The notes beneath the pieces are model-generated. The model searched no databases, was not told the DNA's origin, and saw only the letters and a list, made by a program, of their open reading frames with translations. This document shows, piece after piece, positions 25,609 through 40,379 of a stretch of 64,000 nt of DNA. The stretch's first letter is position 1. Every line of letters starts with the position of its first letter. Location: the NCBI RefSeq assembly GCF_009914755.1, contig NC_060926.1. The stretch is one strand, 5' to 3'. The position numbers and the translations under genes were made by a program. The stretch comes from the human T2T-CHM13v2.0 reference genome, Homo sapiens.

Positions 25609-28299
25609 GAAACAAGATTTCAACTCTGCCACTGACTAGCTTTGTGATGGTGGGTAAGTAGGTAAGAAGCTAGGGTTCCACTTCTGCTAGTGAGAGCTGG
25701 GCGAGATTGTCCACAGAGTCTTCCCAGTTCCCATACTGTGTGATTGTCCGCAAATCTCCAGGTTTGAAAAAGAGGAAAATTATGCATTTAAATGAAATGG
25801 AATTTTATAAAGGATACAACACAAAACAGATTAAAAGACAGATTGTTTGGCTTGAATTCCTAAACAATTACACTGCAAAGTACAAAATGAGGCTTCTTGT
25901 TTGTAACTTAAAATTTTTAAAGAACTTTTATGGATGAAAAGTACCAGAGAATCTCATGATTAGCCTGTTCACAAGCTAACAAATTATAAAATGTCTGCCT
26001 CCTTTTCTAGAGAGAAATAAAGGGTCATTCAGGGACTACCAGCCCTAGAGTTAAAATTAATTTCCAGTAAATCTGAAAGGAGAGCAACATGTCCACTGAG
26101 TGGACCTACAAAAACCACAGAGGAAGTGAGAGCAGACAGCAGTTTTCCTTCAGAACAGTGGGGTTGTGAGGTCTTGGTAGGTTTGCTGTGCACAGAGCGC
26201 CCATCACCTTCCCACCAAGCCTGATTCACAATCTAAGTGACTCTGGAGGACTGAGCAAGGAAGTGGATTGGTCCCAGCTGGCTCCTAATAGTTCACAAAT
26301 CTCTGATGCTCTGCTTAACCCAGAGTCTGTCATGTTTTTTCACTCCCAGGCTTTTCTGCAGACGCCAAACTCTAGGAGAATCTCTTTTCTCGCACTGCTC
26401 CACAGCCTTGCTAACCCATGACATCATTCCCACAGCCTTCTATGGCTCCCTAAAGCTGCTCCTGTAATCTGCTAACCCCACCGTTCCAGAACAGTGGCAC
26501 ATCAATAAAACCCAGCAGTTCTGTTATTTGGGTTTCATCAAGCTTTTCAGGAAAACCTTTTGTGGTGGACAGTTAGTAAAGGAAACAGAACAAAGAAATA
26601 AAGCACCAGCTCATTAGACCTGAATCAGAGCCTAGAACCAAACTCTACTCACTTGGAAAGGGTTGGCTAGGGGGTCTTAGAAGTCTGCAGGCTCTATAAA
26701 AAGGAATGTTGCTCTTCAGACACTGAGCAGGGAAGTTTGTTGGTGGCATTTCGTAGTCTAATCCAAGCCCTAGGATATGGAATTTAGGAGAGAACAAAAT
26801 TGTTCTAGGGATGTGAGCCCCTCCTTACCTGATAGCAATCCAAACCCCAGGGACTGACTTGCTCACTTGAGGCTGGCTGCTTTCCAAGCCCAGGACCTCA
26901 TCCAGCTTGCCTTCCCCTTTCTCCAAGAAATTCTTCCTTGAAAGGAGATACACTTTAGTGTAATAGCTCTTTAGACAGATATTTATCAAGGGTCTATTCC
27001 TTACCAGGTATCATGTGCAATGCTTTGGTGTCCACTACCCTATTCCACAGGGATCTACTTAGAGGCAGAAGCAGAGAATTTGCTGAGACCTTACAAGAGG
27101 CTGCAGAGAAGCCTCTGAGATGGGAGGTCCCAATTTTACAAGTTGGGGCTCAGAGCAAGAAGACTCACCCTGTTCAGGACTTCTTTAAGGGAGGATCATG
27201 TTAAAATGCAGACTCTCATTCTACACATCTGGAATTGGGCTTGAGATTCTTCATTTCTAACAAGTTCCTGGACCACTCTTTGATGAGCAATGCCCTGACT
27301 CCTGGAGAAGATGCCACCTCCTATGGGCCACCCCTGCTTTGGTTCTGGTGGGAAGGGTAGGGCATTGAGGGAAAGGGTGTGACTGCTGGAAATGGCTGGT
27401 CCTCTTAGAGGATCCTGAGTGAACACATCCAGTCCCCTACTTTTTCCCAACTCAATTCTCCTAAAGAGATTTTTTTCCTTTTTAATAAACCCAGTGGTTA
27501 ACAACTAGCTTGTTAGTTAAAGGCCTGAGGGACACAGAGGGAGGCTCATGCCCTACTACTCAGTTCATTAACTGGAGTAACAACCAATTTCAAGGTGATT
27601 ATTGCTATTATAAGCTCTGATCAATTTTTTAAACGTTTCCAGGTTTTAAACCTAAAGCGGGAATATTAGAGCTCAGAGAGCAGCTGTGTTGAGAATTAGT
27701 CATATCCCCAGATTAATATCTGATCTCTCCATCAAAGAGAATACAGGACACATTTAGTTAGGGTTCTAATTGTACCTCCAATAAACCTCCACCACAGTGA
27801 AATATGAGTGCCCATAATTTTTAGTTTCAACTTCCTATAGATAATCCATCTGACTGGATGGTCTTGAGCAGAGGCAGTTAAAGCAATTTGTTTCACTTAT
27901 ATAAAGAAATAAATCAGTGCTTAATTATGTGAGGTTTATTATTAACAGTGCTGGCAATCTGACCATATGCCATGACTTCATCTTTTTACATCAAGAAAAA
28001 ATATGAGAATATACTGATTGCTTTTATGATGGCTGTGCCCACTCCAGAGTGACGCTTGTGGCACACAATGTGACCCAATGAGGAGGAGGAGGTTCTACGT
28101 GTTCACACTGTTCTCAGTATCCAGCTGTGGGCCTATGATGCATGCATAATGGTCAATGAACAGTTGCCACTGAGAAGAGGCAGGAAAACTTCACATCATC
28201 CTTAGTACTGCTTCCCATCATGAGAACAAGTTCATCAAATCTTTTTTTCTCCAGAATCTTGATGTCTTTCCTAGACCAGCATTAAATCACCAGCATGCA

Positions 28300-28520
28300 A
28301 CAGAAGAGAGGTCACAGATTTGGTGTCAGAAATGTGAGTCCAAATTCCCACTCTTACTAGCTGTGTGACTTGAGTAAGTGATCCAACCCCTCTGACTTCC
28401 TGTTTATTTCCCTAGCATGGGATATCGATGCCTCCCATGCCAGTTCATGTGAGGATTAGACATTATGGATGAGTAACACCTGGCCCATATTAAGTGCACC
28501 GTAAAAGGTAGCTATTACTT
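28300..28520 (+). mobile_element. MIR
   Basis: cttactagctgtgtgacttgagtaagt...gtgaggattaga...ggtagctattact. Confidence 0.75.
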
Positions 28521-28849
28521 TGGAAACTCCTATTCTAGGGATAAATTGGATAACTAAAACTTAAGCATGTCTATATCCTATGGTTGTTGATGAACTGATG
28601 ACATCAGTGACAATATTTCAAATTGGGCTTTTAGTTTGCTCTTGCCTTTGATGTCTGTTTCTAGTGGGCCAATTTCCAATTTCTCTTTAGATTGCTGTGT
28701 ATCCAACAGCAAACTAGTGAGTATTCTGAGCTTCATCTGTTTTATAGATGATCCAGTTCTTAGGGAGTTAAAGCCTTCAGGATGGGAGCTGTGACAGGCA
28801 GGTTTGCACTCAGGAAATACTTCACAATGGCCACTGGAACTCCTCCTGC

Positions 28850-29325
28850 TGTGGCAGACAGCTGGTAACCCAGTCAACATGCATTCTCCTGTATTCCTTG
28901 GTGAAAGAATCCAGTTGTAGATGCCCAGCTGCTAAAATATGTCTTTGCAGGTCAGGATGGCCAACGATACACAAATGGAAATTGTTGAAGCAGATTTCCA
29001 GGAAACCTCCTTGAGGGAGGCACAGACAGCTGGCATCTCCTCCTGTCACCCTTTCCTCTTCCCTGTACTCCATTCCTGAGTATAGAAGTGGTATTGGAAA
29101 CCCAACAATCAGATGGAACCATAAGGCAGCCCTGGGGATGAAAGCCATGTGCTGAGGATGAAGGGACAGGAAGATGGAAAGAACCTGGGACCCTGATGAC
29201 ACCATATTAGCCTAGAGACTGCCTTTCTCTGGTCTTCTATTGCATGAGGGGCAAAAAAAAAAAATGTAAGTTATGTAAGTCACTGTTATTACCAATCTAT
29301 GTTACTAGTAGCCAAATGCAACTAT
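28850..29325 (+). mobile_element. MLT1J-like MaLR LTR
   Basis: tgtggcagac start; aagccatgtgctgaggatg...gaacctgggaccctgatgac; gttactagtagccaaatgca end. Confidence 0.75.
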
Positions 29326-30117
29326 TTTTTGCATTTTTATACACACCCCAAGCAGACTTGCGCTATGCACAAAGGACCCTGGAAGAAAAGTATTCCATAT
29401 CTGTGCTAAAAATGCAAAGGACTAAGCTTTACCTACCCCAAATAAACTAGTATGTTACTCATACATGGCTGAAAATGTGGATATTCCTTCCAGAGAGAAT
29501 AATTTATTTAATTTTATAATATTCTGGACTTGCAATAAATACCCCAAAGGCATACCTTCTACAAGGTCTCTAGCTTAATTGGGTCCACGTTCTGAAGCTT
29601 ATGAAGTCACCAGTCCTAAAATAGCTCTGCTTTTCGTCCCTCACCAAGACAGTCTTAAACTCTTTACTAGACACTATAGCAAAATAAAACATGCTTGAAA
29701 ACATTAAGGGCTGATGAACTGGTTTGGATTTTCTCCAATCCTCTAGACTTTCTCTCCTTCCCATAGCTCTAAAAGAAAGTCCAGCCACTTTGAAATGAAG
29801 ACATTTGATTTGGGGCCACCACACATTGATTTATCTAGCAGAAGGTGCTTGCATTTTTCAAGCCAGAGCAAAGAGCTTCCATACCACTCTACTATCCCCT
29901 TGGTGAGGTATGATGGTTCTTGGCTGCCAGATTAAATAGAAATACAGTGTCTCATTTCTGGTTCCCATGAAGAGGCAACTGAGATGGGCTGACCTGAGAA
30001 AAGAACCATTCTGCAATAGAGAAATATATTAACCAAGATAAATTCAAATCCTAGTTTGCCTCACCATATCTCATTTTAGGTACCTAGAATGGAAAAAAAA
30101 AAAAAAAGAATTCATCT

Positions 30118-30421
30118 CTTTTTTTGTGGGGGGAGGCACTGTCTTGCTCTGTCATGCAGGCTGGAGCATAGTGGCTCAATCATAGCTCACTGCAGCATCG
30201 ACCTCCTGGGCTCAAAGGATCCTCCTACCTCAGCCTCTCCAGTAGCTAGGACTACAGGTTTGCACCACCATGCCTGGCTTTTGTTTTATTTTTTATTTTT
30301 TTGTAGAGATGGAATCCCATTGGGTTACCCAAACTGGTCTCAAACTCCTGGCCTCAAGTGGTCCTCCTGTCTCAGCCTCCCAAAATGCTGGGATTACAAG
30401 TGTGAGCCACCATGCCCAGCC
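30118..30421 (-). mobile_element. AluJ
   Basis: Antisense Alu: atcatagctcactgcagc, ctcctgggctcaa. Confidence 0.93.
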
Positions 30422-31311
30422 TCATCTAAACTTTAATGAGATATTTGATACCATTCTACACAATATTTCTGTCTTAACTTTGCTTACCTTATATTGCTGA
30501 CATAACATGGATTGACTAACACTTAACAAGTAGAAATTAATTGTTCAACAACCCTCAAGATAGTAAACAGACTAGTCTTCTGAAGTCTGTTCTCATGTTA
30601 TTTAAAATCTTTATAAAATAATAAATAAATAATTGATATTTTACATATACAGATGCAATCGATGGGTTGGACTTGTTCATATCGAAAAAAAGGAGAAATA
30701 AAATGTAAATGCCTTCATTTAATTAGTAAATATGGCTCATTTGAGCACAGGTTGGTATTTAACAGAGAACGTGCAAAGAAATGCACAAAATAAAGACACT
30801 GACAGAAAAGAAACACTTGGAGGGAGAGGGAAAGGGGACTATTAGCTTCTCTGAATTCTCCAAAGATAATATAAGATTATGGTAAATGAACTCCACCAGC
30901 TAGCTAGCAATCCTTTCCCAGCAAAAGTGACAGGTTAATCATTCTATTTAATATCAAAAGCCCACCCTGAAAGCTCAAAGTTCCGAATCTGGGAGTAAGC
31001 AATGCAGAACTCCATTTCCTAGCTCTAGAACACCAAAAGGCAATCCGTGGGACTAAGTAGACCACTAGCAAAGAATCCCAATCCTGCCTTCCACAGTCTC
31101 CAGCCAGGACTTAACGAGCCATGAATTTTCACCACAAAGTAGATTTCTTCATTAAATAGCTAATTAAGCTCTTTTGAAAAAGTGATTTTCAACAGAGCTG
31201 ATAAATTCAACCCAAATTGGTGCATTAACTAATCAAAGCAAGAGACTTCTGCTCAAAAGTACAAACCGAAAGGCTTACAATTCCCACCTCCTCACATACC
31301 TTCATTCATTC

Positions 31312-31332
31312 ATAGATAGACCGATAATAGAC

Positions 31333-31374
<42 letters not shown>
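31312..31374 (+). repeat. Compound (GATA)n(GACA)n STR
   Basis: Visible GATA then GACA runs. Confidence 0.9.
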
Positions 31375-31708
31375 TTAACCTGTTCCTAAATGTGATTAAA
31401 TAAGGACTTGGAACCTGAAATCATGAATTTAGGAGAAGCTATCTCAGTCCAATTCACACTGGAGAGTATGGAAAGAACCCAGCCAACCTCTGCTTCCTGG
31501 GCTGAGTCCATTTCCAGGTCAGCTTAGCACCTTGTTAAGTTGTCTAGATCTTGATATTCATGGGATCAGTAAATTAGTAACCCCCTGCCTTCACTTAGAA
31601 ATCACAAAGTAGGACTTCCATTATATTCATCTTTGTGTTCCTTAGAAATCCTGGATTTTCCAAAACTGTAATTATGTGTTCAATCATATGCTCAGAAATG
31701 ACAGCAAA

Positions 31709-32116
<408 letters not shown>

Positions 32117-32265
32117 TCACCTTCTAATACCATTTTGTTTTAGATTACATATTTTATGCATATAATTTCAAATTTTATGAAAATTATAGAAATAATTTGC
32201 AAATTATCGGAAAACATACAACAAAGGAAAAAAGAAAAACACAATTCCCTTGATCAGAGAGCTAG

Positions 32266-32736
<471 letters not shown>

Positions 32737-32842
32737 TGAGTAACTGAATAATATTCCATCAAATATGTTTACTCTAGCCAATCTTCTATTATTGAGTATT
32801 CAGGTTGTTTCTAATTTTTACCAGTAAAATATTGCTTCAGAA

Positions 32843-33158
32843 GGCCGTGGTGGCTCACACCCATAATCCCAGAACTTTGGGAGGTTGAGGTGGGAGGATT
32901 GCTTGAGTCCAGGAGTTCAAGACCAGCCTGGGTAACGTGGCAAGACCCTGTCTCTAAAAAAACTAAAAAGATATTAGCCTGGCATGGTGGTGTGTGCCTG
33001 TGGTCCCAGCTACTCAGGAGGTTGAGGTGGGAGGATCACTTGAACCCAGAAGGTTAAAGCTGCAGTGAGCCATGTTCATGCCACTGCACTCCAGGCTGGG
33101 TGACAAAGCAAGACCCTGTCTCAAAAACAAATTAAAAACAAACAAACAAAAACAAAAC
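32843..33158 (+). mobile_element. AluJ
   Basis: gaggattgcttgagtccaggag; TSD aaaa(t/c)attgcttca. Confidence 0.93.
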
Positions 33159-33984
33159 ATTGCTTCAATGCCTGCCCTCAGAGAGAAGTCATTGCTCACA
33201 TTCATATTTTCTGGGACAAATTGCTAGATATAGAATTGTTGGGACAATGGATGTGAACAAATTGTAAATGCTCATACACGCTGACAAACTGTCCTGCAAA
33301 TAAGTTGCACCAATCACACTCTACCAGTAATATATGTAAATGCCCCAAGTTATGGTCACTTTCCTTACATCCTCACTAACTTTATTATCATTTTTTCTCT
33401 TTGCCAACTTAAAAGACCAAACAAAGGCATATCAATTTGATTTTAATTTCTCTTATTGCTAGTGAGATTGAACCTGTTTTCATTTGTTTATCATACATTT
33501 GTGTTTCATCTTTCAAATTATTTATTCATGGTCTTTATCCATTTTTCTATTAGGATATTTGTCTATTTGATTAGCAAGAATATTGTATGCATTAGGGATA
33601 TGCACCTTTTAGGTGACATATAGATTATATATGTTTTTCCCAACTCTTTGTCTTTTAACTTCCCTCATAGTGTTGACATATGGAAATTTTAGAAGGTTTT
33701 TATAGCCAAACCTGTCCCTCTTCTTTCATATTTTTATTCCTCTTATAAAGCCCTTCCCTGCCTCGAGTTATCATTTATTCAACATTTTCTCCCATTACAT
33801 TTATTGGTTTGTGTTTTGCTTTTGTCACTAACCTACACATTTAATCTATCTGAAATTTATTTTGCCATGACAATAGGAAAGAACCCTCCAACTTTTTGTA
33901 AATAGTTAACTCTGAGCCACAACTTATGCCATTGATATGGTATACATTCACAACATTCTTATGCACTATATTTGGTCTGTAACT

Positions 33985-34165
33985 TTAGCATTGTGGTTAA
34001 GAGCTTTGGTTTGGGAGTCAGACTTGATTCAAACTCACCATTCCTACCTTTGTGACCTTGGACCAGTTTTTCAACCTGGTTAAGCTTCAATTCTCTCACC
34101 TGCAAAGCACTTAGCAAAGGGTCTTGCATATAGTAAGTGCTCAATCAATATTAGGCATTAGCAAC
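33985..34165 (+). mobile_element. MIR
   Basis: agcattgtggttaagagc...tgtgaccttgg...atagtaagtgctcaatcaatatt. Confidence 0.8.
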
Positions 34166-36248
34166 CTTTTCAATTAGATCTCAGAATGACCACACAAATT
34201 CTACAACTGCACCTGATTTGCTCTCACTGCAATATTAAGGAATAGTCTGGAAAATTTCCTCAGCAGCCTGAACCTAGCTCATGAGGCAACCTTCCTCCCT
34301 TCAACCAGACTATGTAGAGCCCACTGACAATTCGAGGGGAATGAATCAGATCACGGCTTTTCTCCACAAAGCTTCTAGCCTCCCTTTCACCCCATTCCTA
34401 TTAATATAAGCCACCACAAGCCAGCAGCAAAGGGAGAGGAATCCACAACCACAGGTCAACATCATTGCCTTCCCCACATGCAGAACACACACTCTGCTCC
34501 AGCTTCCTCCCTAACTCACAGAAGATGACTCACTTTACTCCATGGCTTAAGGTATTTATTTTCCCTTAAGGAAGAACTAGTGTTGTTATACTTGGAGGTC
34601 CTGATAGTTTGGGATTCAGGAGAAAAGGACAGTGGAGGAAAGAATTCCAGGGTAAGATACTCAGAGAGTTTTCAATGGTTGTGCAATTAATTTAACAAAC
34701 TGTCCCAATCTCAGATAACTTCTAAAGACCAAAAAAAAAAAAATACTACCTGGTTAAAAAGCCAAGCAGTTAAATCGGAGGCATAAATTGGGTCTTTATT
34801 ACCAAGTTCTCCACCTCTCTCTTAAATCATTACATTCCCTCTAATATTTCTTTATTAGAAATATTATAGGGGTAGAAGGTAGTTTGATGTATAATGGAAA
34901 GGACTCAGTATTTGGAGTTAGACATAACTTCTAAGATACATCATCAGATACCTGCAAAACCCTGTCTTCTAGCCTAGTTCAGTTCAGCCTGTACCTTAGC
35001 AGTTACTATATGCCACAGGATAGGGGTAAAATAAAGTAGTCTCTTGACTGGGATAGCTCAAATTCCATTTCCTCTCTGGTATCCACTCTTCCCCATTGTA
35101 TCACAAACTTCCCCATTAGGAAGACTATGTCTGCTACCACCTTTTAGAAACCCAGGAGCCAAAGTCCTATGATGCATTCAATAGCTGTCCCAATACATTT
35201 TAGAAGGAAGAACTGAGATGTGCTGTTACTGTTTCATATCATCATGCTCCAGATGAAGAAAATCATTTTCCCAAGTAAAGCAGGGACCACGCTATACTCT
35301 TGCCTTATCCTCTAGGGCACCATTCTCTTCTTGGCTTCAGTCCAGCCCCACAAAAGTAATAGTAAAAGAATCAGACCTGGGGCTTCCAGGTCTCTCATCA
35401 TGCCATCTCCTCTGTTTCTCTCCACTGATCTAGAAAAATGCAGTAGATACTGTAGGGCAGCTGGCTCTTTGAGTAGCAGGCCAGAGTCTCATGAATGCAT
35501 GCCCCTTCTGGGTCCCAGTGGCATGAGGGCACTATAATTAAGTGCTTTGACTTTATTACCTCTTCTTCCTGAGCCTTCCCTGCTCCATCATTTTTATCCA
35601 TCAGTCCTTAGATTTCATACCTAGGCATTTGCTTTCAGTATCTCTATGTCTGCTGCACTATCAATTAATGGCTGCAAAGAATTCCCTAGAATCCAAGCCT
35701 TCCTGGCCATGTACCCTGGGGTCCAAATGGCTCCTTCATTTTGGCAGATTGTTCCCATGACTTCTTGGGTCTTCTAGTCAGCATCAAGGATATTGCAAGC
35801 CACTTCCTAATTGTTTTACTCTCAGTATGCAATATTCCAGTCTTCTTCCTCTGGCTATGGTTGAGAGAGCCAGGGAGTGAGGTCTCTCTGCCTATGAAGA
35901 GGATCTACCTCTGCACATAGCCATAATTTGATTCCCCTCTCTGGGATTCATACGGGGAGTTATTGAGCCAAGAGTTTATTATCGAGCTTAGCATGAATAT
36001 ACAGTGAGGATAGCTGAGTGCAAAACCAAATGTTCCAAGTGTTCTTAATTCCATGTGTTTTGAAGTGCCTGAAGCAGGAATTTTATGGAAGAGGGAGAGT
36101 CTTCCCTGGTGGTAAATTAAGGATACTTCATTTTAGCCCTGGATCACGATCAGGTTTTTAGCAGTCAACTAATCCCATTCTGTCTTTATTTTCTAATTGT
36201 ATCCTTACCAACACCCCTCAGCGTTTTTTCACAGTAGAGTAAGCCTTG

Positions 36249-36250
<2 letters not shown>

Positions 36251-36289
<39 letters not shown>
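36251..36289 (+). repeat. Pure A39 homopolymer
   Basis: 39 consecutive A, no Alu/L1 body upstream. Confidence 0.97.
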
Positions 36290-36291
<2 letters not shown>

Positions 36292-38679
36292 AAAGCTTCT
36301 CTGTTCTGAGACTCCCTCTAAAACATGTCTTCGCTTCCAAGGGTAATGAACTCTTTTATAATAAACGCCTCACTTTAATGCACGCTCTCTTTGGTTTCCA
36401 GGAACTGCCTTATAATTACGCCGCTCAGTATTGCATGTCAGAGGTTTGCTTCGCCTTTAATATTTTATGAAGAAATTCAGATTTTGACAGTAAAAATATT
36501 TAACCCAGAGGACCTGAAACCCAGACTATTATTTTGTAAAGTAGCCATCTAGCTGCACACTTGTGCACCGCTGCCTTCCCCAGTGCGTACTCACACTCTT
36601 TGATACTCTCTGAGCAGACCCAACCACATGCTGTCCAGATGGAAACCTGGCTATATCATTACATTATATTGAAATAACCCAATACCACCTGTTTCTGTTG
36701 GGGTTCCTGCCAACATTTTCCCATAAAACATTTATTTTGCTAATATTTTAGTTGGTCACCACAGAAGGACACTTGAAGTTAAAGATTTACCATGTGTTAC
36801 CGCCACTCGGAGCCAAAAGAGGCAAAAAATAAAATAAAAAGCCCTTTGAAACCAGGCAGCAGAGTTCGAGAAGAGCAAATGTCTATCTATTGTTTCCAAA
36901 GGTGGATGCCTCACCTGGCATGATGTAATCACGGGCACAGGGATTTCAAAACAAGCTTTTCTTGGCAATCTTCACAGAACGAATTATTCTTGTGTCTCTG
37001 GTGCTCATCTTTGGATCGTAAAATATTTTCAGCTTTGTGAGAAGCTTTTGCTGCTCCTTGGCAAATTTTCTCCCTCCAAAAATGTTGCATTTTGTAAATA
37101 AGTTCATGGAGATAAGGAAGTAATTAGATGAATTTGATTTATAGATACACATGCATATATTATTTGCATTCCATGAAGAACAGGATAGGTGAGGGGGAGT
37201 CAATGTCACATATTAGGAAATGACCCTGCACAGGATGTTCAAAGTCACTGGATGCCCTTGGGGACAGAAGCAATGCATTTCTCTTCAGGATTGAACATCC
37301 AATGGAACGCTTTGGTCAAGAGACATAATGCAACATAATTGTCAAGTGTTTTGTTTCTTGTTTTCTACCCTTTGCAACTACTTCACTATTTCTTGTTATG
37401 AAACACAAAGTTAAAGCCAAACTAGCCCAAAAATCAGAAGGCCATTGGAATAGTTTGCCAAAGATGTCATTTGGAGCTGGATTTGTGAAGGAAGAACTGT
37501 TGGCACCTGGTTGCCCCTTCACCACCTACCTCATGTGCCACTGTAGCTGGACCCAGCTTCCCTGCTATATTTTAAGCTTACACCTACATTACAGTCTTAA
37601 TTTTCTCCTGCACACGGAACCCCCTCTCAACAATAAACCCCAGAGGATGGGGGAAACACACAGAGACTAATGGCATTTGGCTGCTGCACATCCTTAACAT
37701 CTCCAGTCTTTTGGCTCTCCTGGCTCCTGGGATCTCCATCGATTTTCCTGGAATTCTCATGCACTACAAGAAGGTCTTTCTTTCTATTATTATACTTGGT
37801 GATTCACGTGCAAAGGTTAACTGCATGGCCTTTTTCCTGGCCCTAGTTAATTAGGAGGATGGGCCTTCCCCCAACCCCACTTCTTGACTGGCATATTGCT
37901 AAAAACCAGAGGAATGGAAAGGAATGATGTTAGCCTGGAGCCCCACTCATGTAATGTGTCCATTTTTCAGCCAAAGGAGCTCTTTTACACCAAAACGCCT
38001 ACTTTGCATTGTAAAAGTAATTTATATTTTAGATATTTGTTTTAAAAGTCAACTTGTAACCTGTAATGGCTATAGATATAGATTAAGGATCACAAGTAAA
38101 GCAATGTACCTCTCCTGGCGGCTTCCATTCACATTCACATATCCTCCCTAAAGACAGATAATCATATAATTAAGCAATCCATTTCTCAGCATATATGCGC
38201 TGTACAGAAGACAGTGATACAGTGAATTCTGGTGTGTGCTTTGGTTCAAAGTATGAAATACTGAATAATCACCTTTTTTATGAAAGCACTTGACCTTTAA
38301 ATTGATATTTCCACCCAACAGATTATAATTATTGTTCAAAGAGGTGTTGAATGCAGCACAGCTAATCCAAAGGTGGCCCGTCTGTTACTCAATGGTTACG
38401 GCTTGTGTCCAACTGATTATATTAGCTGATGGCCATAAAAAGGGCAGAAAGGGTCACTTTTGGCTTCCTGTCAATACCAGCCTTGATTTTTTTTTCCTTC
38501 TCTAAGATCGTGAATCTGAATTCTTAAGGTCAACCTAAATTCATAAATATCACCTGCAGATTTGCATCTTTCTACTTAGAGAATGTCAACATTCCGGATG
38601 GAGCAAAGCAGGACAAGTGGTAACTGACTCTTGAGTGTTGATCAAGGCTGCTTCCAAAACAAAAGCTCCCCCTTAAGTC

Positions 38680-38823
38680 GAGTTGCCAAATTTAGCAAAT
38701 AAAAAATACAGGATGCCCAGTTCAATTTGAATTTCAAAAGGATAAGTATGTCCCATACAGCAAATTATTCATTATCTGAAATTCAAGTTTAACTGGGCAT
38801 CCTGTATTTTATCTGGCAGCTCT
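38680..38823. mobile_element. MER53 palindromic MITE
   Basis: Perfect 20-bp inverted arms 38703-38722 / 38791-38810; taagtatgtccca core. Confidence 0.9.
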
Positions 38824-39930
38824 ACCCCGGAGCACTCAATCTCTGATTCTGATGTACCCTAATTATCTGTATTTTTCTCTTTTCTACAGAAGAAACATCA
38901 AATATGGACAGCTACAGCAAACAACATACTCAGTTCACTGATGGCTGAAAACAAGGAGCACTAAGAAGTCAATATCCATCATCCTTTCTGTTGTTTATTT
39001 GTATTAGTTACTGATTGGACCATTTCCCTTTTCATAATTAAACAACACTCTTAATCATCACCTCAGTTCCTGGAATCCTTTATCAAGAGCAAGGACAACT
39101 CTGTCCAGGCTGAACAAGGAAAAATATGAAATATATGCTAATATTTAAAAGCTTATTGTTTACCCTACCAGCATCTATCAAGGTAAGCACATTGTGTGAA
39201 TTTATCATGAGATATGCACAAGGAGATGCAGTAGTTTCTGACACAGTCAAATCTGTTCTGGTTAAGCTCTGGGAATGGGCCCTATCCTTCCCACAAAGTG
39301 TCTTCCCGGCACGCCAAGCTCAGACCTAGACCCAGAGGAAGGGCCGGAGCCACCTTGGTGAGCAGAAGGCAGAGAGGAGGGCTCTACAGACACCCACGGT
39401 ATGACTATCAGGCCAAAAGAGCATCCTAGCTCACATCAGCAGACTTCTCCCTCACCACTGGCTATCCTGCCCTTGACTAGCTAGAAGGGAGGATCATGGA
39501 TATAAGGATATAGCATCCTTGTAAAATTGTACTGAATCCAAGGCTCGGGGAGATAAATCTCCCTGGGCTTCCCCTGCATTCCCTCTTCCTTCATGCCATA
39601 AAGGGGCCACCACCATAAACTAAATCTGAAATCCCAGCATATCAGAAGAAAGCAAAACTAAAAATCCATATCAAAGCAGAAAATCAAGAGTGGAGACTGA
39701 AAACGTGATTCTTATCTTTATTGAACATTGCATTGATGAGAATCAATAACAATTGTAAATGTTTCCATTTCATATTTAGAATGTTTTATATTGGTCTAGA
39801 AGTTAAGAGTTCAAAGAGCATGTTCATTTACCTCATTTGATATCGCAGTGATTTATTGTACAAAAGGAACTTAAGAGCCCTTTGATCAATCTGTAACAGA
39901 CATAGTTTTCCTAACCAAGTGTTTCTCCAA

Positions 39931-40115
39931 GTATGGTTCTCAAAACTGGTCCATGCAAGCAGCATCAGCACCACCGGGGACTTGTTAGAAATGCAGATAC
40001 TTGAGCTCCATCCCCAGACCTGCTGAATTAGAAACCCTGGGAGTAGGCCTAGCAATCTTTGTTGTCACAAGTCCTCCAGGGAATTTCTGTACACCCTATC
40101 ATTTGAGAACCACTG
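39931..40115. mobile_element. MER5A hAT MITE
   Basis: ggttctcaaa...gcagcatcagcacc...ttgttagaaatgcaga...tttgagaaccactg. Confidence 0.9.
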
Positions 40116-40339
40116 CCCTAGCCTCCTAGAGACTGCCAGGCCTTCCTGAGTTCCTCTTCACCATCTGAACCAAACAGTGGCATTTTTCAAGCACTATTTG
40201 TAGAGTGTTTGTCTGTCTTTGCCAATAGTAAGGTCGGGTCTTCAGATTTCTGTGCCAGATTTAAGAAAAGACAGTAAGGCAGTAGTTTTCAATATTAAGA
40301 AAATGGTTCCCATTTTTTCTTCATACCCTCTCCTCATCA

Positions 40340-40341
<2 letters not shown>

Positions 40342-40379
<38 letters not shown>

